This document shows, in pieces, positions 49,096 to 62,764 of a stretch of DNA of 64,000 nt. The notes under the pieces are model-generated. The model was not told the DNA's origin. It did no database searches and saw only the letters and a program-made list of their open reading frames with translations. The position numbers and the translations under genes were made by a program. This DNA is from Mobula hypostoma (lineage: Eukaryota). Each line of letters begins with the position of its first letter. Positions within the stretch are counted from its first letter, which is position 1. The stretch is taken from positions 94,862,001-94,926,000 of the forward strand of contig NC_086107.1 in NCBI RefSeq assembly GCF_963921235.1, given 5' to 3'.

Positions 49096-49490
49096 CTTGC
49101 TCCACCCTTTCCTTCTCACCCTTTACACCCGGCTGTCTCCCCCTCCATCTTTCTGCCCGGATAAAGGGTCTCGACCCGAAACGTTTACCCTCCACAGATG
49201 CTGCCTGACCAGCTGAGTTCCTCCGCATCAAGTATACTGAATCAGAGAGCTTCAGTCCGACAGTGAAGGATCGGAGGTGCTCTCCAAAAGACAGGCAGCA
49301 CCCACAGGGCTGTGTGGCTGATGCTAGCCACGGGGAGCTGCATGTTATCCCCCACCTTCTTATCCTGGCTTCTTCCTCCTTCCTTTCCAGTCCTAATGCA
49401 GGGTCATGGCCTGAAACGTTGGCTCTTTAGTCCTCTCCATAGACGTTGCCTGACCTGCTGAGTTCCTCTAGCATTTTGTGTGTGTTGCCC
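49096..49490 (+). mobile_element. PLE terminal-repeat fragments with decayed hammerhead motifs
   Basis: gataaagggtctcgacccgaaacgtt (49160-49186) and cagtcctaatgcagggtcatggcctgaaacgtt (49388-49420), each followed by ga(t/c)g(c/t)tgcctgacc. Confidence 0.7.
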
Positions 49491-50794
49491 TGAAGATAGT
49501 AACCCCCTGGAAGAATGGCATTAAGGTGAGCGGGGATAGTTCAAACAGGTATGCGGGGTAAGTTGTTTAATCTGAGTGTGGTGGGTGCCTGCAACAGGCT
49601 GTCGGGGTAGTGGTGGAGCAGATTCAACAGAGGCATTTAAGGGTCTCTAGACAGCACCGAGCCGTCCATTGAGGTCGTGGCTCAGATTTAGTCCACTTTT
49701 AGTTTTGTCAGGATGGCTTTGGGGTCAGGTTAGAGTTTAGGACCAGGGATGAGGGGAGTTAGAGGTCAGGGACAGTAAATGAGTCAGGGGCAAGAGCCTG
49801 GGTGCAGGTCAGAGTGCTCTGTGCTAAAAGGCTGGTGATCCCCATGATGGATGTCTCGTCAGCAGGCCCTGTGGACGAGGTCCATGCAAGCAGGAGCTAC
49901 AAGAGCAATGACCCCCCGCCCCTCCAGTTGGCATGTCCCAGGGCTGGAGGTTTGGAGTTCAAAGCCCTGTGATCAGCAAGTCCTGGGGCCGATACTGAAA
50001 GTGGAAGCATGAAGGTCAAAGATGTAGTCAGCAAGTGCAGAAGTCCAAGTCCAATGGTCAAGACCAATGGTCTAAGATTCCAGGGCAGCATATCTGGACA
50101 TTGGGGGTCTGATGTCTGTGACTCTGGGCCAAGGACTGGAAGTTGGAGGCAGCCTGCCCTGGGATTGGAGGACTGTCTGTGCGTTTGTGGGTGGGAGGGA
50201 GGAAAAGGGTTTTTTTTGCTTTTGTTGTTTTATTCTGTTGTTTTTGCTCTTGCTCGTGTTGGTGAAACTTGCGGGATGCTCCCAGCACAAACGATGTATT
50301 TCACGGTACACATGATAAATGAATCTGAATCTGAATAGGCACATGAATGAAGTATGGATCATGAGCAGGCAGGGGGATTCGTTCAAAGTGGCCTTATTGT
50401 TGCAGAGACATCACTGTCCAAAACATCCATTCATTGGGAGAGGGGGAGAGAGGGAGAAGATTTCCAGCATAGTGAGGGGAGAGATTCCATTGTCCCCCAT
50501 TACCTCATGAATAGTTCAATGGTTCTGAACTATGAGCACTGATAAAATCTACCTCAGCCAACACATCTCACGACTGTTTCCCACCATCAACATACTAAAT
50601 GTGCAGACTCTTGAGATTTTAAATAACACAAGAAAATCCCCAGGGGAGCAGGGAAAATTCCTTTTGGAACTCCCCTTCCCCAAAACGTTCATAAACAATT
50701 TGGGAACTTCTGGGGTTATCAGGAAGATGGTACCTGTCGAGACATTTGATAAGCACTACCTGATTTCAGTACCAGAACTAATGAAGCCAATTTG

Positions 50795-52450
50795 ATTGCA
50801 GTACCAGAGGGACATCAGGGACTGCTGTGTGCTTTGCATTGTTTCATGGAAACATGGCTCACTGCCGCCATTTGAAATGAAGTGCCATAGCTCAATGGTT
50901 TCACCATTCACCACAAAGACAGACATCCAAAGGTAGACGAGGTGGAGTATGCTTTATGATTAACCCATCATGGTACACAGATGTGGCAGTTCTGTCTCAA
51001 TCCTGCTCACCCGACCGAGAAAATCTAGCGGTCATTTATCTGCCAAGGGGGTCTTCCACCATCCTCCTGGAAGTGGTGTACGCTCCACCTCTGGCCAAAG
51101 TCAGACTGGTACTGGAAGAGCTGAGCACTGTGATCAGCAGTCACAAAGCAGCGCACCCCGATGCCTTCCCTATCATTTTGGAGGATTTAAACCAGGCCAG
51201 TTTGAGGAAGTTTCTGAACAACCACTACCAACATATCACCAGCAGGACCAGAGGAGCCAACACACTTGACCACTGTCATATCACCATCAAGAATGCTTAC
51301 CGTGCCATCCCACACCTGCAATCACCTGGCTGTACTTCTATTCCTGGCATATAGGCAGCCCCAGTGGTGAAGACCAAGAAGATATGGTCAAAGGAAGCGG
51401 AGGAGTGCATACAGAGCTGCCTTGAGTGGGTGGAATGAACAATATTCAAGGATTCATGTTTGAATCTGATTGAATACGCCACAGTTATCACCAACTTCAT
51501 CAAGATCTGTGTGGATAAGTGTGTGCCTTGGAGAACAAACCAAGCATACCAAAACCATAAGTCAAGGTGAACGAGCAGATTCGGAGTCTGTGGATCTGCG
51601 GCATTCAAGACCAGTGATCCAGAACTATACAGGAAGTCCAGGTGTGACCTGCCAAAGGTGATTTTAAGAGTGAAAAAACAATTCTGATTGAAGTTACAGA
51701 TGGAATTATTTGCACGCCAGCTCTAGCAAGGTTTGCAGGCCATTAATTCCTACAAGGCGAAACCTAACATCATGAATGGTTGTGATGCTTCACTCCCAGA
51801 TGAGCCCAATGCCTTTTATGCCCACTTTGAAACCACACCTGTGCGAATCTCTGCAGTGTCTGGTGACCCTGTGATCTCTGCCTCGCAGGCTGACATCAGA
51901 ACATTTTTCAAGAGGGTGAACTCTCGCAAGCCAGCAAGCCCTGCTGGTGTATCTGGTTGAGCTGTGAAAACCTGTGCCAACCATCTGGTGGGACACCGTC
52001 AGTCTCTCACTGCTGCAGGTAGAGGTTGGCACTTTGCCTCAAGAGGGCAACAATTATACCAGCACCCAAGAAGAGCAGGATGGGCTGTCTCAATGACTAT
52101 CGCCCAGTTGCACTCACATCTACTGTTAAGTGCTTTGAGAGGTTGGTCATGGCCAGAAACATCTCCTGCCTTAGCAAGGACCTGTACTCCTGAAAATTGC
52201 CTAACACTATAATCAGTCTGCAGTGAATATAATCTCACTGACTCCCCACTTGGCCTTGGATCACCTGAACAACAGTAGTACCTATGTCAGGCTGTTGTTT
52301 GTTGATTACAGTTCAGCGTTCAAAACCACCAAATCCTCAGTGCTAATCAATAAGCTCCAAAACCTGGGCTTCTGTATCTCTCTTCGCAAATGGATCATTG
52401 ATTTCCTCACTGGGAGACCACGGTCTGCGCAGATCAGAAATAACAGTCCT
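50795..52450 (+). mobile_element. Rex1/Babar LINE, endonuclease to RT N-terminal part (decayed); continues at 56415-57590
   Basis: [27 protein letters not shown] and YVRLLFVDYSSAF motifs. Confidence 0.85.
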
Positions 52451-52454
52451 TAAT

Positions 52455-55400
52455 CAGTGCAGAGAAGTCCCAAGGAGAGAGTGTGCGATACTGAATCTGC
52501 TGTTAGTGAATGAGACAGGGCAGGTGACAGAAGCAACACTTTGCATCTAGTGATCACAATGCTAATAGTTTCAAAGTAAATATGCAAAAAGATAGGCCTG
52601 GTCTGCAGGTTGACATTCTAAATTGGAGAAAGGCCAATTTTGATGGTATCAAGAAGGATCTGACAAATGTGGAATTGGACAGGCTGTTTTTTGGCAAAAG
52701 TGTACTTGGTAAGTGGGAGGCCTTCAAAAGTGAAATTTTGAGAGTACAAAGTTTGTATGTGCTTGTCAGAATAAAAGTTAAAGATAGCAGGTGTAGGGAA
52801 CCTTAGTTTTCAAGAGATATTGAGACCATGGTTAAGAAAAAAAGGAGGTGCATAGCAAGTATAGGCAGATAGGAACAAATGAGGTGCTTATGGTGTATAA
52901 GAGAACACTTATGAAAGAAATCAGAAGAACTCAGAGAAGTCATGAAGTTCCCCTAGCAGATAAGGTGAAGGAGAACCCTAAGGGGTTCTAGAGATATGTT
53001 AAGAGCAAAAGGATTGCAAGGGACACAATTGGTCCTCTGGAATATCAGAGTGGTAATCCATGTGTGGAGCCAAAAGAGATGAAGGAGATCCTAAATACAG
53101 TTTTTGCATCTGTATTTACTCAGGAGATGGACACAGACTCTATAGAAGTGGGACAAAGCAGTATCAACTTCGTGGACCCTATACAGATTACAGAGGAGGA
53201 AGTGTTTGCTGTCCTGAGACAAATTAGGGTGGATAAATCCCTAGGGCCTGACAAGATGTTCTCATGGACCCTATGGAGGCAAGTGCAGATATTGCTGGGG
53301 CCCTAGCAGAGATATTTAAATCATCCTTAGTGACAGGTGAGATACTAGAGGATTGAAGGATAGCCAATGTTGTTCTGCTAATCAAGAAAGGCTCTAAAAA
53401 TAAACCAGGAAATTATAGGCCAGTGAGCCTGACATCAGTAATGGGAAAGTTATTGGAAGGTGTTCTGAGGGACTCAATATATAAGCATTTGGATAGATGT
53501 AGACTGATTAAGGATAGTCAGCATGGCTTTGTGCATGGTAGTTCACATCTAAACAATCTTATAGTTTTTCGAGCAAGTTACCAGGAAAGTTGATGAAGGC
53601 AAACTAGTGGATGTTTTCTTCATAGACTTTAGCAAGGCATTTGACAAGGTCCTGCATGGGATGTTGGACAAGAAGGTTCAGTTGCTCAGCATTCAAGATG
53701 AGGTAATAAATGAGCCATCAGCTTTGTGGGAGAAGCCAGAGAGTGGTAGTAGATAGTTACCTCTCTGAGTGGAGGTCTGTGGCTCGTGGATCAGTGCTGG
53801 GCCCTTTGGTGTTTGCCATCTATATCAATGATCTGGATGATAATGTGATTAACTGGATCAGCAAACTTGTGGATGACACCAATACTGGGGGTGTAATGGA
53901 CAGCGAGGAAGATGATCATGTCTTGCAGTGGGATCTCGACCATCTGGAAAAATAGGGTGAAAAATGGCAGATGGAATTTAATGCAGACAAGTGTGAGGTG
54001 TTGCACTTCAGTAGGACCAATCAGGGTAGGTCTTACACAGTAAATGGTAGGGCACTGAAGAGTGTGGTAGAACAAAGGAAATTGCGAATACAAGTCCATA
54101 ATTTGTTGAAAGTGGTGTCACAGGTAGATAGGGTCATAAAGAAAGCTTTTGGCAAATTGGCCTTCATAAATCAATGTATTGTGTACAGGAGTTGGGATGT
54201 TATGTTAAAGTTGTATAAGACATTTGTGCAGCCTAATTTGGAGTATTGTGTGCAGTTTTGGTCACCTACCTGCAGAGAAGAAGCAATTAAGGTTGAAAGA
54301 GTAGAGAGAACATTTACAAGGATGTTGCCGGGACTGGAGAACCCAAGTTATAAAGAAAGATTAAATAGGTTTGGAATTTCTTCCTTGGAACATAGAAGAT
54401 CGAGGGGAGATTTGATAGAGATATACAAAATTATGAGGGGTTATAAAAGGGGTAAATGCAAGCAGGCTTTTTCCATAAGACCATAGACCATAAGACAAAG
54501 GAGCAGAAGTAGGCCATTTGGCCCATCGAGTCTGCTCCGCCATTTTATCATGAGCTGATCCATTTTATCCTATTTAGTCCCACCGCCCCGCCTTCTCACC
54601 ATAACCTTTGATGCCCTGGCTACTCAGATACCTATCGATCTCTGCCTTAAATACACCCAATGACTTGGCCTCCACTGCTGCCTGTGGCAACAAATTCCAT
54701 AGATTCACCACCCTCTGACTAAAAAAATTTTTTCACATTTCTGTTCTGAAAGGGTGCCCTTCAATCCTGAAGTCATGCCTTCTCGTACTAGACTCCCCCA
54801 TCATGGGAAACATCCACTCTGTCCATGCCTTTTAACATTCGAAATGTTTCTATGAGGTCTCCCCTCATTCTTCTAAACTCCAAGGAACACAGTCCAAGAG
54901 CGGATAAACGTTCCTCATATGTTAACCCTCTCATTCCCGGAATCATTCTAGTGAATCTTCTCTGTACCCTCTCCAATGTCAGCACATCCTTTCTTAAATA
55001 AGGAGACCAAAACTGCCCACAGTGCTCCAAGTGAGGTCTCACCAGCGCCTTATAGAGCCTCAACATCACATCCCTGCTCCTATACTCTATTCCTCTAGAA
55101 TTGAATGCCAACATTGCATTCGCCTTCTTCACTACCGACTCAACCTGGAGGTTAACTTTAAGGGAATCCTGTACGAGGACTCCCAAGTCCCGTTGCATCT
55201 CAGAACTTTGAATTCTTTCCCCATTTAAATAATAGTCTGCCCGTTTATTTTTTCTGCCAAAGTGCATAACCATACACTTCTCTGCCCATTCTTCCAATCT
55301 ATCCAAGTCTCTCTGCAGACTCTCCGTTTCCTCAGCACTACCGGCCCCTCCACCTATCTTCGTATCATCAGCAAACTTAGCCACAAAGCCATCTATTCCA

Positions 55401-56415
55401 TAATCCAAATCGTTGATGTACAATGTAAAAAGAAGCGGCCCCAACACTGATCCCTGCGGAACACCACTGGTAACCGGCAGCCAACCAGAATAGGATCCCT
55501 TTATTCCCACTCTCTGTTTCCTGCCAATCAGCCAACGCTCTATCCACGTATGTAACTTTCCCGTAATTCCATGGGCTCTTATCTTGTTAAGCAGCCTCAT
55601 GTGTGGCACCTTGTCAAAGGCCTTCTGAAAATCCAAATATACAACATCCACTGCATCTCCCTTGTCTAGCCTACTGGTAATTTCCTCAAAAAATTGTAAT
55701 AGGTTTGTCAGGCAGGATTTTCCTTTAAGGAATCCATGCTGAGTTCTGCCTATCTTGTCATATGCCTCCAGGTACTCTGTAACCTCATCCTTGACAATCG
55801 ACTCCAACAACTTCCCAACCACCGACGTCAAGCTAACAGGTCTATAATTTCCTTTTTGCTTCCTTGCCCCCTTCTTAAATAGCGGAGTGACATTTGCAAT
55901 CTTCTAGTCTTCCGGAACCATGCCAGAATCTATCGACTTTTGAAAGATCATCGCTAATGCCTCTGCAATCTCCACAGCTACTTCCTTCAGAACACGAGGG
56001 TGCATTCCATCTGGTCCAGGAGATTTATCGACCTTTAGCCTATTCAGCTTCCTGAGTACTTTCTCTGTCGTAATTGTGACTACGCACACTTCGCTTCCCT
56101 GCCACCCGCTGAGGTTGGGACCAACAATCAGAGGTCATGGGTTAAGGGTGAAAGGTGATAAGTTTAAGGGGAACATGAAGGGAAACTTCTTCACTCAAAA
56201 GGTCATAAAAGCAAGAAACATGCTGCCAGCACAAGTGAAGCACTTGAGCTCAATTTCAACGTTAAAAAGAAGTTAGGATAAGTACATAGATGGTAGGAGT
56301 ACGGAGGGCTATGATCCCAGTGTAGGTTAATGGCAGTTTAAATGATTCAGAATGGACTAGATGGGCCAAAAAGCCTGTTTCTGTGCTGTACTTTTCTATG
56401 ACCTTATAACTCTAT
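52455..56415 (+). mobile_element. 5'-truncated CR1 LINE inserted in Rex1, itself interrupted at 54475-56105
   Basis: ILNWRKANFDG, GSVLGPLVFAIYINDLD, MEFNADKCEVLHF..EYCVQFWSP; the tail resumes at ~56106. Confidence 0.9.
54475..56105 (-). mobile_element. Relatively young 5'-truncated CR1 LINE with a largely open RT domain
   Basis: ORF 54788-55831: QHGF.KGKSCLTNL, YLDFQKAFDKVPH, GVPQGSVLGP, KFADDTK; (taagacca)-type tail at 54475-54495. Confidence 0.95.
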
Positions 56416-57590
56416 AACATCTCCTCCTTGCCGACTCCGGTGCACCCCAAGGATGGTGCTCAGCCCACTGCTCTACTCTCCATACACATGACTGCATAGC
56501 TGGGCACAGCTCAAATGCCATCTATAAATTTGACGATGACACGAGTATTGTTGGCAGAATTTCGGATGGTGACAAAGAGGCATGCAGGAGTGAAATAGAT
56601 CAACTGGTTGAGTGGTGTCAAAACAATGACCTTGCACTCAATGTCAGCAAGACCAAGGAATTGACTGTGGACTTCAGGAAGGGGAAGTCAAGGGAACACA
56701 TACCAGTCAGCAGTGGAATGGGTGTCAATTCACTCATTGAAAGGAGGGGGAGGAAAAGGTGGCAGCGCGACGCAGCACGCACGGCCGCTCCAAAATGATA
56801 TTGTACGTGTTAACTAGGGGCCGTGCACAATCCTGATTTGTTGGAGTCGGACGTGAGAAGCACAGAGGAACACCTGGAGAAACTTCTGAAATGCCTGCTT
56901 CACTGTTGCTGCTACTGTGCGATCGAGAATTTCCGGAGGGCAAGGCCCCAAATCCTCGGCTTTGCCTATTGCCGGGGCCGGGGTTGAAGCGCTTGGGGTG
57001 CTTCCAGGATGCTGCATCGTCAAGTTTGCGGCACTGGAAGCTCATGGCAGGAAAAGTTTTCTTTTCTTCCTTCTACCGTCTGTGTGAGATGATGGGACTT
57101 TCGAGAGACTTTGAGACATTTTTTTTTATTGTGCCCATGGTCTGTTCTTCATCAAATTATGGTATTGCTTTGCACTGTTGTAACTATATGTTATAATTAT
57201 GTGATTTTTGTCAGTTTTTCAGTCGGTTTGTCTTTGTTTCTGTGATATCATTCTGGAGAAACATTGTATCATTTCTTAATGCATACATTACTAAATGACA
57301 ATAAAAGAGGACTGCGTGTCCTCATAATCTAATAATCTAAACTAATTCCTGGGTATCAGCATCTCTGAAGATCTATCCTGGGCCCAACATATTGATGCAG
57401 TTACAAAGAAGGATTGACAGCAGCAATATTTCATTACGAGTTTGTAAAGACTTGGTATGACACCAAAGACTCACACAGACCTCCACAGATGCACTGTGGA
57501 GGGCATTCTAACTGGTTGCATCACTGCCTGGTACGGAGAGCCCAATGCACAGGATCGGAAAAAGCTGCAGAAAGTTGTAAAGTTAAGTAA
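56415..57590 (+). mobile_element. Rex1/Babar LINE RT 3' part, with a ~600-bp non-coding retroposon inserted at ~56735-57342
   Basis: GAPQG, YK(F)DDDT and NVSKTKEL.VDFRK remnants; the insert ends in aataaa..(taatc)n and host ttcctgggtatcagc resumes. Confidence 0.8.
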
Positions 57591-59439
57591 TGCAATGTAG
57601 TGCTACCTCGAAACAACAGCTTTCATGAAATATGCCAGTGATATTAAACCTGATACTGATTCTATCAAACCCTTTCTCTTGTTTGCTATCAAAAAGTCTC
57701 CAAATTGTGGTCTACCTATGCAAGTGAGTTCAATGTGGGCTCACATTGTGAGAACAAATGGTTCCAATCATTATCAGAGATTGTCTGCAGTACACAACCT
57801 GAAATTCTTGCTCTTCACAGATATCCACGAAAAACAGAAGAACCCAAGAAGAATGAATGGCAGAAAAACGTTAGAACCCCCAAGTCCCCTCTCCCCCTCC
57901 CATGCACAAGTAGCAGCAAAGCATCAACCTCCCCCTCCCATTTCAGCAGAAAGTGTCAGCCACTACCACCCACCAAGCAACAGCAAAGCACCCAAAGAAA
58001 GACCATGATCTGTAGTCAACAAAGACCATTATTCACTTGACAGTTCGACATGCCACAGGCTCTCTCTCAGTAACCATGGAGAGAGAGATGTCACCCATTT
58101 CTCAGTGAAAGGGGAGACTAACGAACAGTCACCGTTACAATGTTACAGCCTGCCATGACACTTTTGATTCGGAGCTTCTCTGACTCGAGAGTCAGCAGAA
58201 AACTCTCCCTACCATTGAGAGAAAGAGGGAGGGGGAGATCGCTCGAGTACGAAGACCTGTCTGCAGCATTCGCCGCCACGATGTTCCTCCTCCCGCGACC
58301 CCTCAATCAGCAGCATCGACCTGGAAACAAGACCAATGACCTCCTGATAAGTCCTAGTAGAACTGGGTCAAGGGGCAGCTGTGGCCTGCAACTAATGTGC
58401 TCCTGGATTGAATACAGTAACGACTGGCTTTGTGGCTGTGGAGTCACTTTTGTGAACTTCAGTTCTGAATGTTATTTGTTTACTTAAATTGTTTGCACGA
58501 TTTGAGTTTTTCCACACATTGGTGTTTTATGGTCCTTTTCTGTAATGGGTCCTATTGGGTTTCTTTGTATTATGGCCGTCTGTAAGGAGACAAATCTCAA
58601 AGTTGTATATCGTATTCATACTTTGATAATAAATGTATTTTGAACTTTGCAGATTGCACTAGTGAAACATGGTGACGTGTGGCAGGCAGCTTACAAAACT
58701 TATACTTCTTCTGAACTACTCTCACTGTAATCGGCAGCCCGTGATTTCCCTTTAACTAACGTACTTTTGAACTGTCTTAAAGAACTAGCAATTTCACAAT
58801 CTTCTGATTGACTCAGTGGATTTAACTCTAAGGAATGCGGGTACGGCTCCTTTTAGCGGCTGAAAGGGAGGAGGACTCCAAGCCAGATGAAAACATTAGG
58901 GCATGAAACTTCTCTACCCAGTACCTTGTTAGCAAATGTACAGTTGTTGGAGAACAAGATTGAGGACATAAGCGCAAGATTGCTGTATCGGAGGGAAATA
59001 AGGAATTGCTGCATTGTTTTTCACGGAGACTTGGCTGACCTCAGACATGCCAGATACGTCAGTAGGACTTGACAGCTGATTCGGAGAAGACAAAATGCGG
59101 GGTCTGTAATTGCTGATAAACTCTTCACAGTGCTCGGACGTAGCAGTCTTGTTACACTCTTGTTCTCCTGACCTGGAACACCCGATGATTAAGTGCCGAT
59201 TGTCCTACTTAACAGGAGAGTTCTTCTCTGTGATCCTGACCACAGTTTATATACCGCCAAAGGCTGATGTTAAGCAGGCACTGAATGCTGCCATCAGCAT
59301 ACAAGAAGCAGCCTACTCCAATGCCTTTCAAGTCATTGTTGGGGATTTCAATCAGGCTTGTTTGAAGACATCTCTTCACAATTATCATCAACATATCACC
59401 TGCAGCACCAGGAGTCCCAACAGACTCAGCCACTGCTAT

Positions 59440-60290
59440 ATACTTTATAGTCGCCAAACAATTGATACTAGACTGTACAATCATCACAGCAATATTTGAT
59501 TCGCGCTTCCCGCTCCCTGGATTACAAATCGATAGTAAATATTAAAAAATTTAAATTATAAATCATAAATAGAAAATAGAAAAATGGAAAGTAAGGTAGT
59601 GCAAAAAAAACTGAGAGGCAGGTCCGGATATTTGGAGGGTACGGTTCAGATCCAGGTCAGGATCCGTTCAGCAGTCTTATCACAGTTGGAAAGAAGCTGT
59701 TCCCAAATCTGACCGTACAAGTCTTCAAGCTCCTGAGCCTTCTCCCGGAGGGAAGAGGGACGAAAAGTGTGTTAGCTGGGTGGGTCGTGTTTTGATTATC
59801 CTGGCAGCACTGCTCCGACAGCGTGCGGTGTAAAGTGAGTCCAAGGACGGAAGATTAGTTTGTGTGATGTTCTGCGCCATGTTTACGATCTTCTGCAGCT
59901 TCTTCCAGTCTTGGACAGGACAACTTCCATACCAGGTTGTGATGCACCCTAGAAGAATGCTTTCTACGGTGCATCTATAAAAATTAGTGAGGGTTTTAGG
60001 GAACAGGCCAAATTTCTTCAGTTTCCTCAGGAAGTAAAGGTGCTGGTGGGCCTTCTTGGCAGTGAACTCTGCTTGGTTGGACCAAGTCAGGTCATTTGTG
60101 ATACTGACCCCAAGGAACTTAAAGCTTTTGACCTGTTCCACTTGCGCACCACCGATTTAAATTGGGTCGTGCGGTCCACTACTCCTTCTAAAGTCAACAA
60201 CCAATTCCTTTGTCTTGCTGACATTGAGGGATAGGTTATTGTCTTTGCACCATGCCACCAGGTTCTTAATTTCCTCTCTGTACTCATATT
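59440..60290 (-). mobile_element. Rex1/Babar LINE 3' fragment
   Basis: EQVKSFKFLGVSITNDLTWS..KKAHQHLYFLRKLKKF..LTNFYRCTVESIL.GCITTWYG. Confidence 0.9.
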
Positions 60291-60451
60291 ACGATTAGGA
60301 ATGCCTACCGTTCCATCCCTAACTGCATTTTGGGAAATCTGATCACCTGACTGTCCTCCTCCTGCCTGCATACAGGCAGAGGCTAGAGAGCGAGGCTCCA
60401 GAGGTAAGGACAACAAAGGTGTGGCTGCAGGAGGTAGATGAGTGGCTACGG

Positions 60452-60517
60452 CTGGGGTTCCCAACCTGGGGTTCATGACCCCTTGTTCCATGGCACAATA
60501 AAAGTTGGGAACCCCTG
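60452..60517. mobile_element. 66-bp hAT-type MITE
   Basis: TIR c(t/a)ggggttcccaac...gttgggaacccctg; 8-bp flanks ggctacgg/ggctatgg. Confidence 0.8.
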
Positions 60518-61449
60518 GGCTATGGGATTGCCTCGAGTCAGCAGATTGGGCTGTGTTCAAGGACTCATCAGAGGATTGTCCAGATTGATCAGCCATAGAC
60601 AAGTGTGTCCCCTCAAGATCATTCAGAGTCTTCCCCCAATCAGAATACCCGGATGAACCATGAGATCTGCGATCTGCTGAGGTCAAGATCAGTTGTGTTC
60701 AGGTCTGGCAACCAAGTACAAAAGGTCTAGGTATGATCTCCAGAAAGCCATCTCATGTGGTGGCAATTCCGGACTAAACTCGAATCACAGAAGGATGCTC
60801 AACAGCTGTGGCAGGGCGTAAACGATATCATCTCCTACAAATGAAAACGTGTCATATGTGAGCACAAGGATTTGCTCTCAGATCCATTCATGCCTTTTAC
60901 GCTTGTATTGACCAATAAAACATGGAGGCGCCTTCATGAACTCTCACAGCCTCCGATGACCCTGTGATTTCAGTCTCTGAGGCCGAAGTGATAGCATTCA
61001 TCAGGAGGGTGAACCCACAGAAAGCACCGGGCCCAAATGGGGTATCTGGCTGAGTATTAAAGACCTGTGCTGATCAACTGGCTGGAGCATTCACCAATAT
61101 TTTTAACCTCTTGCTTCGGCAGTCTGAGGTAACCACCTTCTTCTAGCAAGCTTCAGTGATACTGGTGCCTAAGAAGAACATGGTAACTTACCTCAATGAT
61201 TACTATCTAGTAGCACTTACATCCACTGTGATGAAGTGCTTCGAGAGGTTAGTGATGAAACATTATCAACTCCTGCCTGAGAAGTGACTTGGGATCTGCT
61301 CCAGTTTGCCTACTGTCTCAACAGGTCAACAGCAAATGCCATTTCATTGGCTCTTCACTCAACCTTGGATCATCTGGGCAGTGAAGGTGCATACTTCAGG
61401 ATACTCTTCATTAGCTACAGCTCACCATTCAATACTATCATCCCCTACT

Positions 61450-61720
61450 TCCAAACACCTTAAAACTACGCCCCCTCGTATTAGCCATTTCAGCCCTGGG
61501 AAAAAGCCTCTGACTATCCACACGATCAATGCCTCTCATCATCTTATACACTCTATCAGGTCACCTCTCATCCTCTGGTGCTCTGAGGAGAGAAGGCCGA
61601 GTTCACTCAACCTATTTTCATAAGGCATACTCTCCAATCCAGGTAACATCCTTGTAAATCACCTCTGCACTCTCTCTATATCATCTACATCCTTCCTGTA
61701 GCGAGGTGAGCACAACCGAA
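61450..61720 (-). mobile_element. CR1 3' fragment
   Basis: Reverse complement of the ERVQR..TRMLPGLE and RMRGDL coding motifs. Confidence 0.75.
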
Positions 61721-62764
61721 TACAGGGTTGTTCTCCCAAGCATCATGGACACGCTATGCTGGTGCCAGAACCTGTGGCGATGCTCGTGCATGACCCCAGT
61801 ATTCCTTAGGGTTGTGTTGGTCATTGACACAAATGGGCGCATTTCACTGTATGTCTTGATGTGGATGTGATAAGCAAATCTGAGTCTGTTCCCATGCTGT
61901 CTTAAACAAATCTATAAATATGACTCAGTGCAGAAGAGAGAGATCTCCCCCTTCAACAGATCCAGATGCTTCACCCATAGGTGGAAGGCGGTTCTACTGA
62001 CAATTGGGGAAGCAGAGGTCCAGGATCCAGCGCAAACATGGGTCCAGTCCCCTATTGCCCACACCATGGAACGAAGGAAATGCCCACAGATTTCACATCA
62101 TGATACCCGTACAGAACTACCAAACAATGCCACTGCTGCCTCTGTTGACTGCCAGCTAAGTTTTGGCATTATGATTTAAGTTGGAAACACAAGAGAGGGC
62201 AGATGCTGGATTCTGGGGTAACAGACCGTCTGCTGGAGGAGCTCTGCGGGTCGAGCAGCATCCGCAGAGAAGGAATTGTTAACATTTCAGGTCCATGCCG
62301 TCTTGGTATAGGGTTTCCCATTGATGCTGCCTGAATACTGAGCTCTTCTAACAGATTGCTTCTTGTGGAGGCACTGATTCAGACCCACACAGCACAGAGA
62401 CAGGCCCTTTGTCCCACATGGTTCACACCAACCATTGAAACACACATGTGCTCCATATGCCATAGAGCCATGTAATGCTACAGCATGCCTACAGGTCCTT
62501 TGGCTCACTGACACCATACCACCCACAATGTCCACCCTGCCAGTCAGAAACTCAAGCATTGGGTCCATATCACTCTTAAGACCTGCCCCTCCATGTACCT
62601 GGCCAAGTGTTTCTTAAATGATACCATTGTACCTGTCACAACCACTTCCTCTGCAGCTCGTTCCACATACTCACCGCATTCTGCAAGGAAGAAGTTGCCC
62701 CTCAGACTCCTTAAATCTTTACCCTCTCATCCTAATCCTATGCCACCCCCCCGCCCCCAAAACC

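Larger units (their letters stand above)
58850..61445 (+). mobile_element. Decayed Rex1/Babar LINE interrupted by an opposite-strand Rex1 3' fragment and a tiny hAT MITE
   Basis: LLANVQLLENK, SCSPDLE, VYIPP.A, GDFNQA, KAPGPNG and [14 protein letters not shown] motifs. Confidence 0.8.

Noticed and set aside
47421..49208. 595-aa and 533-aa mucin/extensin-like repeat ORFs
   Set aside because: Translations of a 45-bp tandem repeat embedded in TE-derived sequence.
54788..55831. Functional or novel reverse transcriptase system
   Set aside because: An ordinary 5'-truncated CR1 ORF2 with an upstream stop, small deletions and no endonuclease domain.
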